A program made the position numbers and the translations under genes. Below, in pieces: positions 62,256-64,000 of a stretch of 64,000 nt of DNA. Numbering within the stretch: the first letter of the stretch is position 1; the number at the start of each line of letters is the position of its first letter. This stretch comes from Basidiobolus meristosporus CBS 931.73. Its lineage: Eukaryota > Fungi > Basidiobolomycota. Location: positions 20,219-84,218 of the forward strand of contig MCFE01000380.1 of assembly GCA_002104905.1 (NCBI GenBank), in the 5' to 3' direction. The notes under the pieces are model-generated. The model was not told the DNA's origin. It saw nothing but the letters and a program-made list of their open reading frames with translations, and made no database searches.

Positions 62256-63717
62256 GGTTAGGGGGAGGGAAAGTCACCAAGGTAGGTGAAATCTTTATTT
62301 GATTTCAGACAAGTCTAACTACAAATAAAGAAGCCAGCTGGGAATAGAAGATTCCCAAAGTAAATACTAAGTTGAATATGAATAAATCTAAGCTAAAGTT
62401 AAGGCAGTATCCCAGAGTACACTGGAGTTCAGGTTCATGGGGGGAGTGAAGTAGATAAGCTTGAGAGATATAATAATCTTTGAGGAAGTGGGTAACAGCA
62501 GGTGAAGGGGAGTTTTTGATAAGTGAAGTGAATCTTGAGAGCAGAGACTCCTCTAAGGAGAAGGTCTTGTAAACTGGAGAATCAGGAAACTCTTTAAAGG
62601 CATGGTCAGTAGGTTCCCAGTAAAGCTGGTCAGAGACATTTTGAGAGAACTCTTTAGCAATACTTTTGTCAAGTACTACCTCCAGAGTGTGATGGTTGAT
62701 AAATCTCATGTTGACAATCTTGGATAAGTTGTAACCTTGTTGCTTGAGATACATCCTATGCTCAGATATAGGAATAAACTCCACATTGGCAAAGTAGCAG
62801 ACAGCCCAGTCAGTAGCAGGAGGCAAATCAGAAGTGGCAGGAAACTTTCTTTTGGTCTTGGGAGGAGCAGCAGGATGTCTTGAGGGAGCAGGAACAGACT
62901 TTTTGACAACTTCAGAGTAGGAAGAGTGAGCAGGAGCAGATGATTCTTGGGGAGTCTTGTTGGCAGGAAGGGTTGGCACAGGGACAATAGATTCTTGCAG
63001 ATCAGAGAAGGCAGAAAAGAGCTTTTGAACTTGTTTCTTGAGTAGAGCATTTTCAGCTTCAACAAGTGCAAGCCTTTCCTCAAGGAAAGAAATCTGAAGG
63101 GAATGGAGTGAAGGCATAAGAAATAAGAAGAAGAGTGTAAGATGGGGTGGGTGGGAGGGAAAATTAGCAGGGAGAAGAGAAGGAAGGAGCAAAAATTCCA
63201 GAAGTCAGAATTTATAGATGGATGGACAAGGGTAGATGGATGGATTATTCCTGGGTTAGGAAAATTAGCAGGGAGAAGAGAAGGGTTAGGGTGTAGGTGT
63301 TATAGTAAGGGCTAGGAAAAGGTTAGAAGAGCAGGGGGTCTGGGGGACACAGTCCCCTAGAGAATAAAAAAGCAGGGGGTTTGGGGGATGCAATCCCCCA
63401 TACTGCTCTTATACACTTTAAATTCCCGTTGGATTACTTTTCTCTCATTCTTGGTTCTGGTCCCTTAGGGTTAGAATTCCTCCTCCTAACCCTTATCACC
63501 CTAACCATAAATATTTTTGCCCTACAATTGGCACATTGTCTGCTCATATGGTGGGCATGTCTGGGCCAATATTTGTCTCCCTATACTGTCCATACGCTCT
63601 GTATAAGTCTTGATGACTATTTAATTAATAAATTGTTATTTTTAATATATATCTAATAATTAATGGGATTCATCCCAATCTGACCACAATCCCATATTTT
63701 GATAAGCTTTGGGCACC
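62255..63717 (-). mobile_element. telomere-joined retroelement copy D (about 1.46 kb): ORF1-only, capped distally by telomeric repeats
   Basis: 5' end abuts TAGGG(TTAGGG)6. About 600-nt 5' region, one ORF, then AATAAA and a 3' end ...CCCTCCCCCTAACCC. No RT or endonuclease motifs. Confidence 0.78.
62305..63117 (-). CDS. retroelement ORF1/gag-like protein (270 aa from the first ATG)
   Basis: Coiled coil LEERLALVEAENALLKKQV, SYSEVVKK motif, Pro-rich linker, and an alpha/beta RRM-like segment WAVCYFANVEF...IVNMRFINHHTLEVVL. The domain call is by pattern only. Confidence 0.65.
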   Translation of the reverse strand: MPSLHSLQISFLEERLALVEAENALLKKQVQKLFSAFSDLQESIVPVPTLPANKTPQESSAPAHSSYSEVVKKSVPAPSRHPAAPPKTKRKFPATSDLPPATDWAVCYFANVEFIPISEHRMYLKQQGYNLSKIVNMRFINHHTLEVVLDKSIAKEFSQNVSDQLYWEPTDHAFKEFPDSPVYKTFSLEESLLSRFTSLIKNSPSPAVTHFLKDYYISQAYLLHSPHEPELQCTLGYCLNFSLDLFIFNLVFTLGIFYSQLASLFVVRLV

Positions 63718-63760
63718 TAGGGTTAGGGTTAGGGTTAGGGTTAGGGTTAGGGTTAGGGTT
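63718..63760 (+). repeat. internal telomeric tract TAGGG(TTAGGG)6TT
   Basis: Perfect repeats read directly. Confidence 0.97.
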
Positions 63761-63845
63761 GAGGCGAAGGAGGATAATCGGGACCTTCTAGCGACTAATA
63801 TTTCAAACCGCAAAGTGACTTAGGACGACGAATCGTTTTTCTAAA
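63761..63845. other. 85-nt non-telomeric insert within the telomere
   Basis: Unique sequence between two TTAGGG tracts. I found no match elsewhere in the window. Confidence 0.9.
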
Positions 63846-63881
<36 letters not shown>

Positions 63882-64000
63882 GGTTAGGGTTAGGGTTAGG
63901 GTTAGGGTTAGGGTTAGGGTTAGGGTTAGGGTTAGGGTTAGGGTTAGGGTTAGGGTTAGGGTTAGGGTTAGGGTTAGGGTTAGGGTTAGGGTTAGGGTTA
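63846..64000 (+). repeat. terminal telomere (TTAGGG)n with one TTTAGGG variant near 63859-63865
   Basis: Continuous G-strand repeats to the window end, oriented as a right chromosome end. Confidence 0.98.

Noticed and set aside
63381-63656. 91-aa hydrophobic + strand ORF near the telomere
   Set aside because: Antisense to the element's 5' region, AT-rich, with no motif.
63718-63860. Repeat-spacer-repeat pattern superficially like a CRISPR unit
   Set aside because: The repeats are TTAGGG telomeric DNA in a eukaryotic chromosome, with a single insert and no cas genes.

Overview
Eukaryotic DNA, not prokaryotic: the last 64 kb of a chromosome arm, ending in a (TTAGGG)n telomere. The gene set, the short GT-AG introns and the velvet, 7TM-RGS and AA5 genes point to a fungus, most likely an early-diverging one (inference). 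From 1 to 25 kb and 40 to 51 kb lie tightly packed, mostly intron-rich housekeeping genes, including GIR2, XYL1, PUF6, RFA1, RIO1, CDC25, BUD32, kinesin-5, NEDD1-like and PIG-A. An apparently intact, intron-containing piggyBac transposon sits at 1093-3586. From 27 to 40 kb and 51 to 57 kb are intron-poor signalling, secreted and bacterial-looking genes. Beyond a tRNA-Arg gene (57.7 kb) the subtelomere is a stack of retroelements. Four same-orientation 3' ends of an unrecognised telomere-joined retroelement family, each fused through TTAGGG-like sequence, are interleaved with four LTRs of a half-tRNA-primed Ty1/copia family. The outermost copy is ORF1-only, with a CpG-free ORF, and is capped by telomeric repeats. 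The telomere itself is interrupted by an 85-nt, CpG-rich, structured insert that may be cDNA of the telomerase RNA 5' region. Exon boundaries were read by eye and no database searches were run.
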